Source: Flavobacterium sp.
Lineage (GTDB): Bacteria; Bacteroidota; Bacteroidia; Flavobacteriales; Flavobacteriaceae
Reading direction: 5' to 3'
Length of the DNA: 64,000 nt
Assembly: GCA_029866065.1 (NCBI GenBank)
Contig: JARXAC010000026.1
Location: 7,250 to 71,249, forward strand
Each line of letters starts with the position of its first letter. The first letter of the stretch is position 1. Made by a program: the position numbers and the translations under genes. The notes below the pieces were generated by a model. It searched no databases, was not told where the DNA came from, and worked only from the letters and a program-made list of their open reading frames with translations. This document shows, in pieces, positions 21,422 to 31,966 of the stretch.

Positions 21422-22231
21422 TTATTCTAATTTCACCGATATTGGTAAGTAATAAGAAGTTCGCACCGGTTGACCTCCAATCATGCCGGGAGTCCATTTT
21501 GTTTTAAGCGATTTTAGTACCCGAACTGCTTCTTTTCCCAATCCATAACCTGGATCGCGAGTCACTTTTATATTCGACATTGTTCCATCTTCCTCAATCA
21601 CAAATGCCACGTAAACACTGATTGTTTCTTCTCCTTCAATTTCTGGTTTTTCAAAATTGTTACCTACATAGGAATAAAATTTATTTATTCCACCTGGAAA
21701 TTCTGGAAGTTTGTCTAACTTGTTAGTAGGTACAGGAATATCAGATTTCGTTGGAGTGGTATCAGTTGAACCGCCATTATTAATTGGAAATGTATTGATA
21801 GTGCCTTTTGGTGAGCCAGTATCTGTTGGAGCTGTTTTTCCAATATCTTTGTTATTATTAACCTCATCAATAGGTTCATATCTTACAATCGTTGGATTTA
21901 TCAAATCTTTTTTAGAATTAATAATTTCAGGTTTTTTCTTCTCAATTGGAACAACTGCTTTTTTAGGCTCTTCAATTTTTTTATAATCAAATTTCACTAA
22001 ATGCAAGTCAGGATAAACGATAGTATTTTCCTTAACTACTTCTTTTGAATTGAATGAACTTAGTAGAAATGCTATTCCAGAAATTGAAATAATAAATAAC
22101 AAACCGAAAAAGAAGGCTGTGATAGTATTCACAGAATTGTTTTTTCTCAATTGATAAGCGCCATATTCTTTATTTTTCCCTTCGAAAACTAGGTTAGTCC
22201 ACCCGTTCTCATAAATACTAACTTTAGACAT
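21422..22231 (-). CDS. TonB-family energy transducer
   Basis: N-terminal TM helix, Pro/Lys-rich linker, TonB_C domain (PEFPGG...FVIEEDG...EAVRVL). Confidence 0.88.
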   Translation of the reverse strand: MSKVSIYENGWTNLVFEGKNKEYGAYQLRKNNSVNTITAFFFGLLFIISISGIAFLLSSFNSKEVVKENTIVYPDLHLVKFDYKKIEEPKKAVVPIEKKKPEIINSKKDLINPTIVRYEPIDEVNNNKDIGKTAPTDTGSPKGTINTFPINNGGSTDTTPTKSDIPVPTNKLDKLPEFPGGINKFYSYVGNNFEKPEIEGEETISVYVAFVIEEDGTMSNIKVTRDPGYGLGKEAVRVLKSLKTKWTPGMIGGQPVRTSYYLPISVKLE

Positions 22232-22344
22232 AATTTTGAGTTTTAATGGTTAGGTAGTATTATATCATAATATTGGCTTTTAACTTATAACGATTAAATC
22301 CAATCCGATATTGTGAAAAATTTGGTTTATTTTAAATAATTAAA

Positions 22345-22896
22345 TTATCCTCGGGTTTGGATAATTTCAGCCAATAATTTTTTGGCTCTCAGAATTTTAA
22401 CTTTTACATTACTTAGGGGTTCATTAAGTTGATTAGCAATCTCTTGATAACTTAATTCTTGAAAATAACGCAACTGTATTACCTCTTGATAATGGGGTTT
22501 TAATTCTTTAATGTATTGCAATAATTGGGATAAATTTTGTTCAGTAATCAATTTATCTTCTGCTGAAGGAGTGGAATCTGCAACATTATAAGCTCTATAA
22601 TCATCGTTGTCTGAAATTTCTATAAAAAACGATGCTTTTTTCTTGCGTAAAATATCAATGTGAACATTTTTTGCAATAGCAATCAACCACGTATTAAATT
22701 GAAATTCAGAGTTATAGCTTGCTAATTTATCAAATGCTTTTGAGAAGGTTTCAATGGTAATATCTTCAGCGTCTGTCTCGTTTTCTGTTCGCTTTAGCAT
22801 AAAACCATAAACATCATTCCAATAAAAATCCAATAGAAAAGTGAAGGCAACTTGATCGCCTAATTTTGCTTTTTCAATGGTATTAATTATTTCCAA
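22345..22896 (-). CDS. ECF RNA polymerase sigma factor
   Basis: GDQVAF, DAEDITIETFSKAF, TWLIAIAKN and ELSYQEIA; TTG start overlaps the upstream GT2 stop. Confidence 0.92.
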   Translation of the reverse strand: MEIINTIEKAKLGDQVAFTFLLDFYWNDVYGFMLKRTENETDAEDITIETFSKAFDKLASYNSEFQFNTWLIAIAKNVHIDILRKKKASFFIEISDNDDYRAYNVADSTPSAEDKLITEQNLSQLLQYIKELKPHYQEVIQLRYFQELSYQEIANQLNEPLSNVKVKILRAKKLLAEIIQTRG

Positions 22897-23993
22897 TGTA
22901 CTGGTTTTGAGAAACTGTTGGATACAAATATATTAATTTGGGTGAATAAAAATACAAACTCAATAATTGGATACCAATACATTACATCTTTTTCTTTCAA
23001 TTTCCCAGCTGAAAATCCTAAAACAATCCAAGTGAATAGGTATCTAAAACCGATTAAACTTAAAACAATTATCCATTGGTATTGAAATGCTAAAAGTATT
23101 ACAGGAACAATAAAAAATAATATTTGAGATATAAAAAATATTGAAAGTTGAATTCTGTCAAATGTTTTGTAAAAAGAAGCCGTTGCCACATGACGTTGTT
23201 TTAGTGCTTTCCAATCGCTATATTTAGTTTTTGGCTCACAATAAGTAAAACTATCAGTATCATAACAACAAGTGGTATTGCTACCTTTACTGGCCTGATT
23301 AACAAATAAATCGTCGTCACCAGAACGAATTTTCATGTGATCGATAAAACCATTGACTTTGAAAAACTCATCTTTTTTATATGCTAAATTCCGACCAACT
23401 CCCATATAAGGCCGACCGATTTTAGCCCAAGAAAAATACTGAGTTGCGTTCAGTAATGCATCAAAACGAATTATTTTGTTCAAGAACGATCCTTTCACTT
23501 TTTCATAGGCGCCATAACCTAAAACAAAGGTTTTGTGTAATGTAAATTGAGAACTCATTGAAGATATCCAATCTTTAGAAGTTGGATAACAATCGGCATC
23601 AGTGAACAGTAAATAGTCTTTTGTTGCTGCTTTGATCCCTAATGTTAAAGCGAATTTTTTATTACCCCAAAAGGCTTCGTTATTAACTACTTTTACCACC
23701 TTTACATTTGAATATTTTTTTTCAAATTCTTCAAATAAATCTAAAGTAGTATCGCTTGAAGCGTCGTCAATTAAGATAATTTCAAAGTCAGGGTAATTTT
23801 GTTCCGCCAATAAAGGAATGAATTTAACTACATTTTCCTCCTCGTTTTTAGCGCAAACAATTACCGAAATTGGAATTCGTTTTGGAGTTATTTTTTGATT
23901 TTTTGCAAAAGAAAATTTAGAAAATACTATTGTATAATAAAAAAGTTGCACCGCAACAATAACAATAAAAATATAAAATAGCGCGATTAACAT
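22887..23993 (-). CDS. GT2 glycosyltransferase with flanking TM helices
   Basis: SVIVCAKNE, DDAS, GNKKFAL, FTDADC, SGDDDL and QRH motifs. Confidence 0.9.
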   Translation of the reverse strand: MLIALFYIFIVIVAVQLFYYTIVFSKFSFAKNQKITPKRIPISVIVCAKNEEENVVKFIPLLAEQNYPDFEIILIDDASSDTTLDLFEEFEKKYSNVKVVKVVNNEAFWGNKKFALTLGIKAATKDYLLFTDADCYPTSKDWISSMSSQFTLHKTFVLGYGAYEKVKGSFLNKIIRFDALLNATQYFSWAKIGRPYMGVGRNLAYKKDEFFKVNGFIDHMKIRSGDDDLFVNQASKGSNTTCCYDTDSFTYCEPKTKYSDWKALKQRHVATASFYKTFDRIQLSIFFISQILFFIVPVILLAFQYQWIIVLSLIGFRYLFTWIVLGFSAGKLKEKDVMYWYPIIEFVFLFTQINIFVSNSFSKPVHWK

Positions 23994-24081
23994 ATCTAAT
24001 TTTCCTCTTTTTTGGATGTGTGCAAAGGTATGAATTCAAATAGGATTTTCAAACACAGATTTAGCATTTAAAATAGTTATT

Positions 24082-25095
24082 TTAGATAATATTTACTTCA
24101 GCTTCAATTTGGATTCCGAATTTTTTGAAAATCGTGTCTTGAATTTCTTTAGATACATTTAAAATTTCTAGCCCTGTGGCAGTTCCATAATTGACTAAAA
24201 CTAAAGCCTGATTTTTATGAATTCCGGCATCTCCAAATCGCTTTCCTTTAAAGCCAGCTTGCTCAATTAACCAACCGGCAGGAACTTTTACTTCGGTTTC
24301 GGAAATTTCATAGAATTTCATTTCAGGAAATTTTTGATGAATTGGCTCAAAGTCCGATTTTAAAACAATTGGGTTTTTAAAGAAACTCCCACTATTTCCT
24401 AACACTTTTGGATCTGGTAATTTACTTTGACGAATCGTAATTACAGCATTGCTTACGTCTCTTAAAGAGGGTTTATTGATGTTTAATTTTTCTAATTCCG
24501 AAGCAATATCTCCATATGAAATATTGATTTTATGATTGTTCTTTGTCAATTTGAAAACTACCGAAGTAATAATATATTGGTCTTTTACTTCATTTTTGAA
24601 TATGCTTTCTCGGTATCCAAAATGACAATCTGTGTTATTAAAACTTCTCATTTCGAACGATTCGATTTTAATTGCCTCACAAGAAACAAAAGTATCTTTG
24701 ATCTCAGTTCCGTAAGCCCCAATATTTTGAACTGGTGTTGTCCCTACATTTCCTGGTATTAACGACATGTTTTCGAGCCCCCCAAAATTATTTTCAATGG
24801 TCCAAATTACAAATTCATGCCAATTTTCTCCAGCTTGACTTTCTACCCAAACAAAGTCATCATTTTCCTCAACTATTTTTTTTCCTTTTAAATCAATATG
24901 GATTACCAACGCATCAATATCTTTCGTTAAAAGCATATTGCTTCCTCCGCCTAGAATAAACTTATTTTTCGAAGTATTTTGAACCAAAACTGATTTTAGT
25001 TCTTCGATTGAATGAACTGCGACAAATTGTTTTGCATTGGCTTCTATGCCAAAAGAGTTGAAGTTTTTTAAAGAAAAATGATTTTGAATTTCCAT
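24082..25095 (-). CDS. murB: UDP-N-acetylmuramate dehydrogenase
   Basis: LGGGSN, IPGNVG, QNIGAYG, GNSGSFFKNP and HKNQALVL. Confidence 0.97.
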   Translation of the reverse strand: MEIQNHFSLKNFNSFGIEANAKQFVAVHSIEELKSVLVQNTSKNKFILGGGSNMLLTKDIDALVIHIDLKGKKIVEENDDFVWVESQAGENWHEFVIWTIENNFGGLENMSLIPGNVGTTPVQNIGAYGTEIKDTFVSCEAIKIESFEMRSFNNTDCHFGYRESIFKNEVKDQYIITSVVFKLTKNNHKINISYGDIASELEKLNINKPSLRDVSNAVITIRQSKLPDPKVLGNSGSFFKNPIVLKSDFEPIHQKFPEMKFYEISETEVKVPAGWLIEQAGFKGKRFGDAGIHKNQALVLVNYGTATGLEILNVSKEIQDTIFKKFGIQIEAEVNII

Positions 25096-25156
25096 TTTAT
25101 ATCATCAATAGTATAAAGCAAAGGTACTTTAATCCTAATTTAAATTTATAATTTAT

Positions 25157-25828
25157 TTATTCTGTAAATAATCCTCGATTCAAAAATTCTAAAAGCGGTT
25201 TTAAAAGAATTAATTTAGACGCAGTATCTTTTACGAAATTAGGTTTAGTTAATTCGGAATCATCAAATTTATGAATGGAAACGAAACTTTTTAGTTTCAA
25301 AAATTCAATTGCAGGGTGGTCTTTTTCAAAATCTTTAGGTCCGTTTTTCAAAGAATTTGTTTCAGTGACATTCAATCCAGAATATATTTTTTTGAATTTT
25401 GCATCACCCAAAATAGTTTCTAAATCTTCATAAAAAAACGCAATTTCTTTTCGAATTTTTCTCAAATCATCATTTTCAGGACCGTACATTCCGCCAGCAA
25501 AAAAACAATTCCCTTTTTCAATATGAATATAGTAACCAGGACCATTATTATTACAATGGTTGGTGTTCATCAAAATTACCATATGGGTTTTATAAGGATC
25601 TTTATTTTTAGAAAATCGGATGTCACGATTTATTCTAAAAGTACAATTCTTGACTTCCAAAAGTTCCAAACTGGCATCATGAGGCTTCAAAATTTCCAGA
25701 AAACTCTGGATTAACTGATGGTATTCTTTCTTATATTCTTCGTAACGCTTTTTATTATCCAAAAACCAATCTCTATTATTATCGGATTTTAAATCTTGAA
25801 TAAATTGTAATGATTTTTCTGAAAGCAT
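25157..25828 (-). CDS. DUF2461 family protein
   Basis: NNRDWF, FRINRDIRFSKNKDPYK and GYYIHI. Confidence 0.88.
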   Translation of the reverse strand: MLSEKSLQFIQDLKSDNNRDWFLDNKKRYEEYKKEYHQLIQSFLEILKPHDASLELLEVKNCTFRINRDIRFSKNKDPYKTHMVILMNTNHCNNNGPGYYIHIEKGNCFFAGGMYGPENDDLRKIRKEIAFFYEDLETILGDAKFKKIYSGLNVTETNSLKNGPKDFEKDHPAIEFLKLKSFVSIHKFDDSELTKPNFVKDTASKLILLKPLLEFLNRGLFTE

Positions 25829-25831
25829 GAT

Positions 25832-26548
25832 TTATTGTAATTGTTTTGTCAAATCTTCCTCACTAATAAATCCGGAATGCTTCCAAATTATTTGATTGTT
25901 TTTATAGATAAATAAAGTGGGTAGTTCGTCTATTTTTAATTGAGATATTAGCGTTTTATTATCGTCTGCGTTCAATCGAACAATTGTAACTTTATCCGCC
26001 ATTTCTTTTTGCATTTTAATTAAAAACGGAGTCATTTTCTTACACGGAGCACACCATTCAGCATAAAAATCGATGAGAACAATTTTGTCTGTTTTAAGTA
26101 GATCATTGTATTCTTGACTACACATTCCAATGATTTTATCACTTGGAATAGACAATCCCGCAGCATTCCATTTCATGATTCCACCTTGTAATTCATATAT
26201 TTTGGTGAATCCTAATACTGACAATCGTTCAGATGCTTTTTTGCTTCTACCACCGCTCATACAATAAACGAAAATTGCTTTTGATTTGTCGTATTTACCA
26301 AGTTTTTCCTCAAAATTATCGCCATTCCAATCAATATTAACGGCATTATTAATGTGTTGACCTGCAAATTCTTCAGGAGTACGAACATCTATGATTGCTG
26401 CTTGAGGTGTTGATTTAATTTTTTCAGCAAAAGTAACCGCTTCTATAGATTCATATTTTGCATTGGTTTGCCCGTTGCAACTTGCAAATAGGAATCCAAT
26501 AAATAGTAAATTTAAAAAGGTTGCTTTCATAATCGTATTTTTATTCAT
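25832..26548 (-). CDS. Rhodanese-thioredoxin fusion lipoprotein
   Basis: Lipobox FAS-C; DVRTPEEF..H and CMSGGRS (rhodanese); WCAPC (thioredoxin). The start may be 26530. Confidence 0.85.
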   Translation of the reverse strand: MNKNTIMKATFLNLLFIGFLFASCNGQTNAKYESIEAVTFAEKIKSTPQAAIIDVRTPEEFAGQHINNAVNIDWNGDNFEEKLGKYDKSKAIFVYCMSGGRSKKASERLSVLGFTKIYELQGGIMKWNAAGLSIPSDKIIGMCSQEYNDLLKTDKIVLIDFYAEWCAPCKKMTPFLIKMQKEMADKVTIVRLNADDNKTLISQLKIDELPTLFIYKNNQIIWKHSGFISEEDLTKQLQ

Positions 26549-26584
26549 AGTAAAGAAAATATATAATTATGGTTTTTCCAATAA

Positions 26585-27664
26585 TTATAAGTTAAAAATT
26601 TTATAGCTCTGATGTGTTGATTTTATGATTGCTTCAGTTCGTTCAGGGTGAGTATCAGAGATGAAAAGTTGCCCAAAATCTGAATTATTTACCATTTCAA
26701 TTATTTTTCCAACACGAGTTTCATCTAATTTATCAAAAATATCATCAAATAATAAGATTGGATTTTCACCGGAATTCTTTTTTACAAATTCAAATTGGGC
26801 TAATTTCAATGCAATTAAAAATGATTTTTGTTGCCCTTGTGATCCGAACTTTTTTATAGGATAATGATCGATTTCAAAAGATAAATCGTCTTTATGAATT
26901 CCGGCACTTGTGTATTGCAAAACCCTATCTTTACTGATGCTTTCTTGTAATAATTGCAATAAATTTTTCTCAAATAATTGACTCTCGTAAACCAATTGAA
27001 CGGTTTCTGCTGAACTGGTAATCGTTTGGTGGTGTTTGTTAAAAATTGGAACAAAATCAGCTAGAAATTCTTTTCTTTTTTCAAATATTATTCTACTTAA
27101 TTCATTTAATTGCTGGTTGTAAATAGATAAAGTATCAGTTTCAAAAACCTGATTTAATGCAAAATATTTCAGCAAAGCATTTCGCTGACTTAATGTTTTT
27201 TGGTATTGAATTAATTGATTTAAATAGGTAGAATCCAATTGAGAGATTACGGTATCAATGAACTTTCTTCGGGTTTCACTACCTTCTACAATCAAATCTC
27301 TATCGGCTGGAGAAATAATTACTAAAGGAATAAATCCAATATGTTCGGAGAATTTATCGTATTGTTTTCCATTGCGTTTTAGAATTTTCTTTTGTCCTTT
27401 TTTTAGGCTACAAATTACAATTTCGGATCTTTTTGTTTTCTCAAATTCACCCTCAATTACAAAAAACTCTTCGCCGTGTTTTATATTTTGAACCGCCAGC
27501 GGATTGAAATAACTTTTTCCATATGATAAATGAAAAATAGCGTCTAAAACATTGGTTTTACCAATACCATTTTTGCCAACAAAACAATTTATTTTGTTGT
27601 CAAAATCGAAATTGGCTTCCGAAAAATTTTTATAATTGAATAAAGAAATTTTTTTAAGATACAT
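26585..27664 (-). CDS. recF: DNA replication/repair protein RecF
   Basis: [27 protein letters not shown] and [10 protein letters not shown]. Confidence 0.96.
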   Translation of the reverse strand: MYLKKISLFNYKNFSEANFDFDNKINCFVGKNGIGKTNVLDAIFHLSYGKSYFNPLAVQNIKHGEEFFVIEGEFEKTKRSEIVICSLKKGQKKILKRNGKQYDKFSEHIGFIPLVIISPADRDLIVEGSETRRKFIDTVISQLDSTYLNQLIQYQKTLSQRNALLKYFALNQVFETDTLSIYNQQLNELSRIIFEKRKEFLADFVPIFNKHHQTITSSAETVQLVYESQLFEKNLLQLLQESISKDRVLQYTSAGIHKDDLSFEIDHYPIKKFGSQGQQKSFLIALKLAQFEFVKKNSGENPILLFDDIFDKLDETRVGKIIEMVNNSDFGQLFISDTHPERTEAIIKSTHQSYKIFNL

Positions 27665-27910
27665 TCTTTAAAAAGGCTAGAATAGGAGCGGTTTTAAGTT
27701 CTAATTTTGTTTTTTTTAATACCGGTGCAAATTATTGAAAATTATCCATAAAACCATATTTTTATCAATTTGAATTCTATTTATTTTTGTATTTTGATTA
27801 AAAGCATAACATTATAATGAAAATGTTACTTTTATTTGAATTTAAACGCATTTTTTTTATGACAGTTTGAATAAAAATTTTATTTTTGCCACTCACTAAT
27901 TAAAATTATA

Positions 27911-28687
27911 ATGGCAACGTACAATAAAAGAGGCTATAAAACCCCAAAAGATAAAGTTGAAAACGATACTCCAGTTGAAAATATAACTATTGACGAAAAA
28001 GATAGCACTACCGCAGGTGTCTTTAATTCATTAGATCAAACCGCTTCTAAAACGGAACAATTTGTAGCTAAAAATCAAAAAGTTATTTTCGGAATCGTAA
28101 CAATTTTTGCTGTAGCTACTGTTAGCTATATTTTATTTCAAAAATTTGTAACTGAACCTAAAGAAGAAAACGCTTCAAACGAAATGTTTTTGGCTCAACA
28201 AAATTTCCAAAAAGCAACAGAAGGTACTAAAAGCGATTCATTATACAATTTAGCACTTAAAGGTTCTGAAGGTAAATTTGGATTTATCGATATTGCTTCG
28301 AAATATGAAGGAACTGATGCTGGAAATTTAGCAAATTATTACGCTGGGATGGCCTACTTAAACACTGGTAAATACGATCAAGCTATTTCTTATTTGGAAA
28401 AATTCAAATCGGAAGATATGGTATTAAGCACTTTAGCTATTGGCGCAATCGGAGATGCTCATTCTCAAAAAAATCAACCAAAAGAAGCTTTAGAATTTTA
28501 TGTTAAAGCAGCTGAAAATAATAAAAACGAATTTACAACCCCTCGTTTCCTTTTAAAAGCAGGTCAAACAGCTTTAGGATTAAACAATAAAACGGATGCA
28601 TTAAAATATTTTACTGAAATTAAAGAAAAATATGAAGCAACTCCAGAGGCTGTAAATGTTGATGCTTTAATAGGTTTATCTCAATAA
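27911..28687 (+). CDS. Membrane-anchored TPR protein (YfgM-like)
   Basis: Single N-terminal TM helix followed by TPR-like repeats (ANYYAGMAYL, AIGAIGDA, FLLKAGQ). Confidence 0.85.
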   Translation: MATYNKRGYKTPKDKVENDTPVENITIDEKDSTTAGVFNSLDQTASKTEQFVAKNQKVIFGIVTIFAVATVSYILFQKFVTEPKEENASNEMFLAQQNFQKATEGTKSDSLYNLALKGSEGKFGFIDIASKYEGTDAGNLANYYAGMAYLNTGKYDQAISYLEKFKSEDMVLSTLAIGAIGDAHSQKNQPKEALEFYVKAAENNKNEFTTPRFLLKAGQTALGLNNKTDALKYFTEIKEKYEATPEAVNVDALIGLSQ

Positions 28688-28736
28688 GAATTTTAGATTT
28701 CTGATTTCAGAATTCGGATTCTAAAATCTAAATTAG

Positions 28737-29234
28737 ATGGCTACAGCTAATAAAAATTTATCAAATTACGATAAGAAAACAATCCCAAGCGCGAAAAATT
28801 TTCGGTTTGGGATTGTTGTTTCTGAATGGAATCCAGTAATAACTGAAGGGTTGTTTTCTGGTGCCCGAGCTGCATTGTTAGACTGCGACGCACTTCCTGA
28901 AAACATCGTTCGTTGGGATGTTCCAGGAAGTTTCGAGTTGGTTTATGGTGCTAAAAAAATGATAGAAACTCAAAAATTAGATGTTATCATTGTCATTGGT
29001 TGTGTAATTAAAGGTGAAACAATGCATTTTGAATTTGTTTGCGAAGGCGTTACCCAAGGAGTTAAAGATCTAAATATTAAATATGATGTTCCAGTAATTT
29101 TTTGTTTGTTGACCGATAATAACGAGCAACAATCTATCGATAGAAGTGGAGGAATTCATGGAAATAAAGGAACCGAAGCCGCGATTGCAGCTTTAAAAAT
29201 GGCCTATTTAAGAAGTCAAGCCAATTTCAAATAA
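28737..29234 (+). CDS. ribH: 6,7-dimethyl-8-ribityllumazine synthase
   Basis: VVSEWN, VPGSFE, GCVIKGETMHFEFV and GNKG. Confidence 0.96.
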   Translation: MATANKNLSNYDKKTIPSAKNFRFGIVVSEWNPVITEGLFSGARAALLDCDALPENIVRWDVPGSFELVYGAKKMIETQKLDVIIVIGCVIKGETMHFEFVCEGVTQGVKDLNIKYDVPVIFCLLTDNNEQQSIDRSGGIHGNKGTEAAIAALKMAYLRSQANFK

Positions 29235-29264
29235 TAAATTAACTTTTATAAATTACAATTTAAC

Positions 29265-29295
29265 AAAACCTCTAAATTTTAGAGGTTTTATTTTT
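29265..29295 (+). terminator. Terminator after ribH
   Basis: AAAACCTCTA-AATTT-TAGAGGTTTT then T-rich. Confidence 0.75.
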
Positions 29296-29373
29296 ATAAT
29301 TTTGGTATGAAAGCCAACAGAAATTAGTTAAATTTGTGCATTGACGAATAACCCTAAATTACAATTTATTTAA

Positions 29374-31215
29374 ATGTCGAGTATAATTCAATTGCTTCCA
29401 GATCACGTTGCCAATCAAATTGCGGCTGGTGAAGTTGTTCAAAGACCCGCTTCGGTAGTCAAAGAATTACTAGAAAATGCTGTTGATGCAAAAGCAACCG
29501 ACATAAAATTAATCATTAAAGATGCTGGAAAATCGCTTGTTCAAGTTATTGATAACGGACAAGGAATGAGTGTTACCGATGCTCGTTTGTGTTTTGAACG
29601 ACATGCCACTTCCAAAATTCGTCAAGCCGAAGATTTATTTTCATTACACACCAAAGGATTTCGAGGAGAAGCACTTGCATCCATAGCTGCGATTGCTCAC
29701 GTAGAAATGAAAACCAAGCAGGAGCAAGAAGAATTAGGAACTCATATTGTAATTGAAGGAAGTAAATTTGTTTCCCAAGATGTGGCTGTTTTACCTAAAG
29801 GAACTTCATTTTCTGTTAAAAATTTATTTTTTAATATTCCGGCTCGTCGTAATTTCTTAAAATCAGAAACGGTTGAACACCGGCATATTGTTGATGAATT
29901 TCAACGAGTGGCATTGGCACATCCAAATGTTCATTTTACTTATTTTCATAATGGAAGTGAATTATACAATTTGCCACAATCCAATTTTAGACAACGAATT
30001 GTAAATATTTTCTCTGGGAAAACCAATGAAAAACTCGTTCCTGTTAATGAAGAAACTGAAATTGTGAACATACAGGGATTTGCAAGTAAGCCAGAGTTTG
30101 CTAAAAAAAATAGAGGAGAACAGTTTTTTTTCGTGAACGATCGCTTTATAAAAAGCGGCTATTTACACCACGCAGTTATGGCAGCCTATGAAGGTTTACT
30201 AAAAGATGGTAACCAGCCGAGTTATTATTTATATCTAAATGTTCCGCCAAATACTATTGATATCAATATTCATCCTACAAAAACGGAAATTAAATTTGAT
30301 GATGAACATGCGCTTTATGCCATTTTAAGGTCGGCAATAAAACACAGTTTGGGTCAATTTAATGTTGCTCCAGTTTTAGATTTTGATAGAGATTCAAATT
30401 TGGATACGCCTTATAATTATAAAAACCAAGACGCAGCAACACCTACAATTCAAATTGACGGTAATTTCAATCCATTTTCAGATGCTACACCCAACAAGCA
30501 TTTTTCGTCTCCTAGAAAATCGGAAAATACTTCAAATTGGGAAAGTTTATATGTTGGTTTAAAGCACGATGTGGAAGAAATTAGCAATGTAGAATTTGAA
30601 AGTGATGAAGTTACGGGATCATTATTTAATGAAAATGAAATTGAACAAGCGTCTAATAAGATGTATCAAATTCATAAAAAATACATTGTAAACCCTATTA
30701 AATCTGGGATGGTAATTATTGATCAGAATCGAGCACATCAAAGGGTTTTATACGAGCAATTCCTAACGAATATGACCGTTCGTCAAGCTTCGAGCCAACA
30801 ATTATTATTTCCATTAAATTTATTTTTTTCCAAAAGTGAGATGAAATTAATTTCGGAATTGCAACTTTCATTAGTCAATACCGGATTCGTTTTTGACGCA
30901 AGTAATGAAGATCATTTAGTAATTACTGGTTTGCCTGTAAATGTTACTGAAAGTGAAGTTTCAAGCGTTTTAGAGCAATTATTGAGTGATTTAAGCGATG
31001 GAATTCCCGATTCTAGTTTTAGTCAAAATGATAGTATTGCCAAATCAATGGCGAAGAGTTTAGCGGTTAAAACTGGTGCTTATTTGACAGAAAAAGAACA
31101 AGAAAATCTTGTAAATGGGCTTTTTGCATGTAAAGACCCTAATGTTTCGCCATTTCAAAAACCAATATTCATCACGATGCGGGTGGAAGATATTGATAAA
31201 AAATTCACATTATGA
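29374..31215 (+). CDS. mutL: DNA mismatch repair endonuclease MutL
   Basis: IAAGEVVQRP, GFRGEAL, DINIHPTK, DQNRAHQR and LFAC...P. Confidence 0.97.
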   Translation: MSSIIQLLPDHVANQIAAGEVVQRPASVVKELLENAVDAKATDIKLIIKDAGKSLVQVIDNGQGMSVTDARLCFERHATSKIRQAEDLFSLHTKGFRGEALASIAAIAHVEMKTKQEQEELGTHIVIEGSKFVSQDVAVLPKGTSFSVKNLFFNIPARRNFLKSETVEHRHIVDEFQRVALAHPNVHFTYFHNGSELYNLPQSNFRQRIVNIFSGKTNEKLVPVNEETEIVNIQGFASKPEFAKKNRGEQFFFVNDRFIKSGYLHHAVMAAYEGLLKDGNQPSYYLYLNVPPNTIDINIHPTKTEIKFDDEHALYAILRSAIKHSLGQFNVAPVLDFDRDSNLDTPYNYKNQDAATPTIQIDGNFNPFSDATPNKHFSSPRKSENTSNWESLYVGLKHDVEEISNVEFESDEVTGSLFNENEIEQASNKMYQIHKKYIVNPIKSGMVIIDQNRAHQRVLYEQFLTNMTVRQASSQQLLFPLNLFFSKSEMKLISELQLSLVNTGFVFDASNEDHLVITGLPVNVTESEVSSVLEQLLSDLSDGIPDSSFSQNDSIAKSMAKSLAVKTGAYLTEKEQENLVNGLFACKDPNVSPFQKPIFITMRVEDIDKKFTL

Positions 31216-31955
31216 GAAATGTAACGGAAGTAGTTAAGCAATTAATTATCATAAATATATTATTTTTTATAGGAACTGAATTTCTAGGAGATGTAGCCTA
31301 TAAATATTTGTCTTTGTATTATCCTGAAAACCCAGATTTCCAATATTGGCAGCTATTAACACACATGTTCATGCACGGAAATTTGATGCATATTTTCTTT
31401 AATATGTTTGCTTTATTTTCATTTGGTTCTGCTTTAGAGCAAATGTGGGGTCCCAAAAAATTTCTATTTTTCTATATTTCTTGTGGTCTTGGTGCTGCTT
31501 TAATTCATATAATTTCAAACTATTATTTTTTCCATGACGGATTGAATACGTTAGTTGACAATGGAATTTCTAAAGAGGAAATATTAAATATAATGAGGGA
31601 AGGTAAATACGATTCAAGTTGGACTGAACTACTTTCGAAATCAAATTTTGAAAGTTTTACCTCGGCTTTTGTAACTCCCGCTGTTGGTGCCTCTGGTGCA
31701 GTTTATGGATTATTAGTTGCTTTTGCTTTTATGTTTCCAAATGCTGAATTGGCTTTAATGTTTATTCCAATTCCAATAAAAGCCAAATATTTTGTTCCTG
31801 TAATTGTGAGTTTAGACTTGTTTTCAGGGGTTACAGGATTTTCAGTATTTGGAGGTGGAATAGCACACTTTGCTCACGTTGGAGGTGCTTTATTTGGTTT
31901 TTTAATGGTTTGGTATTGGAAAAAAAATCAATTTAATGCCAATCGTTGGAATTAA
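31212..31955 (+). CDS. Rhomboid intramembrane serine protease
   Basis: HMFMHGNLMHIFFNM, GASGA and AHFAHVGG. Confidence 0.93.
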   Translation: MRNVTEVVKQLIIINILFFIGTEFLGDVAYKYLSLYYPENPDFQYWQLLTHMFMHGNLMHIFFNMFALFSFGSALEQMWGPKKFLFFYISCGLGAALIHIISNYYFFHDGLNTLVDNGISKEEILNIMREGKYDSSWTELLSKSNFESFTSAFVTPAVGASGAVYGLLVAFAFMFPNAELALMFIPIPIKAKYFVPVIVSLDLFSGVTGFSVFGGGIAHFAHVGGALFGFLMVWYWKKNQFNANRWN

Positions 31956-31966
31956 TACTATAATAA

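Noticed and set aside
28688-28736. FMN riboswitch upstream of ribH
   Set aside because: The spacer is only 49 bp and consists of TTAGATT-type repeats and a hairpin; no riboswitch consensus.
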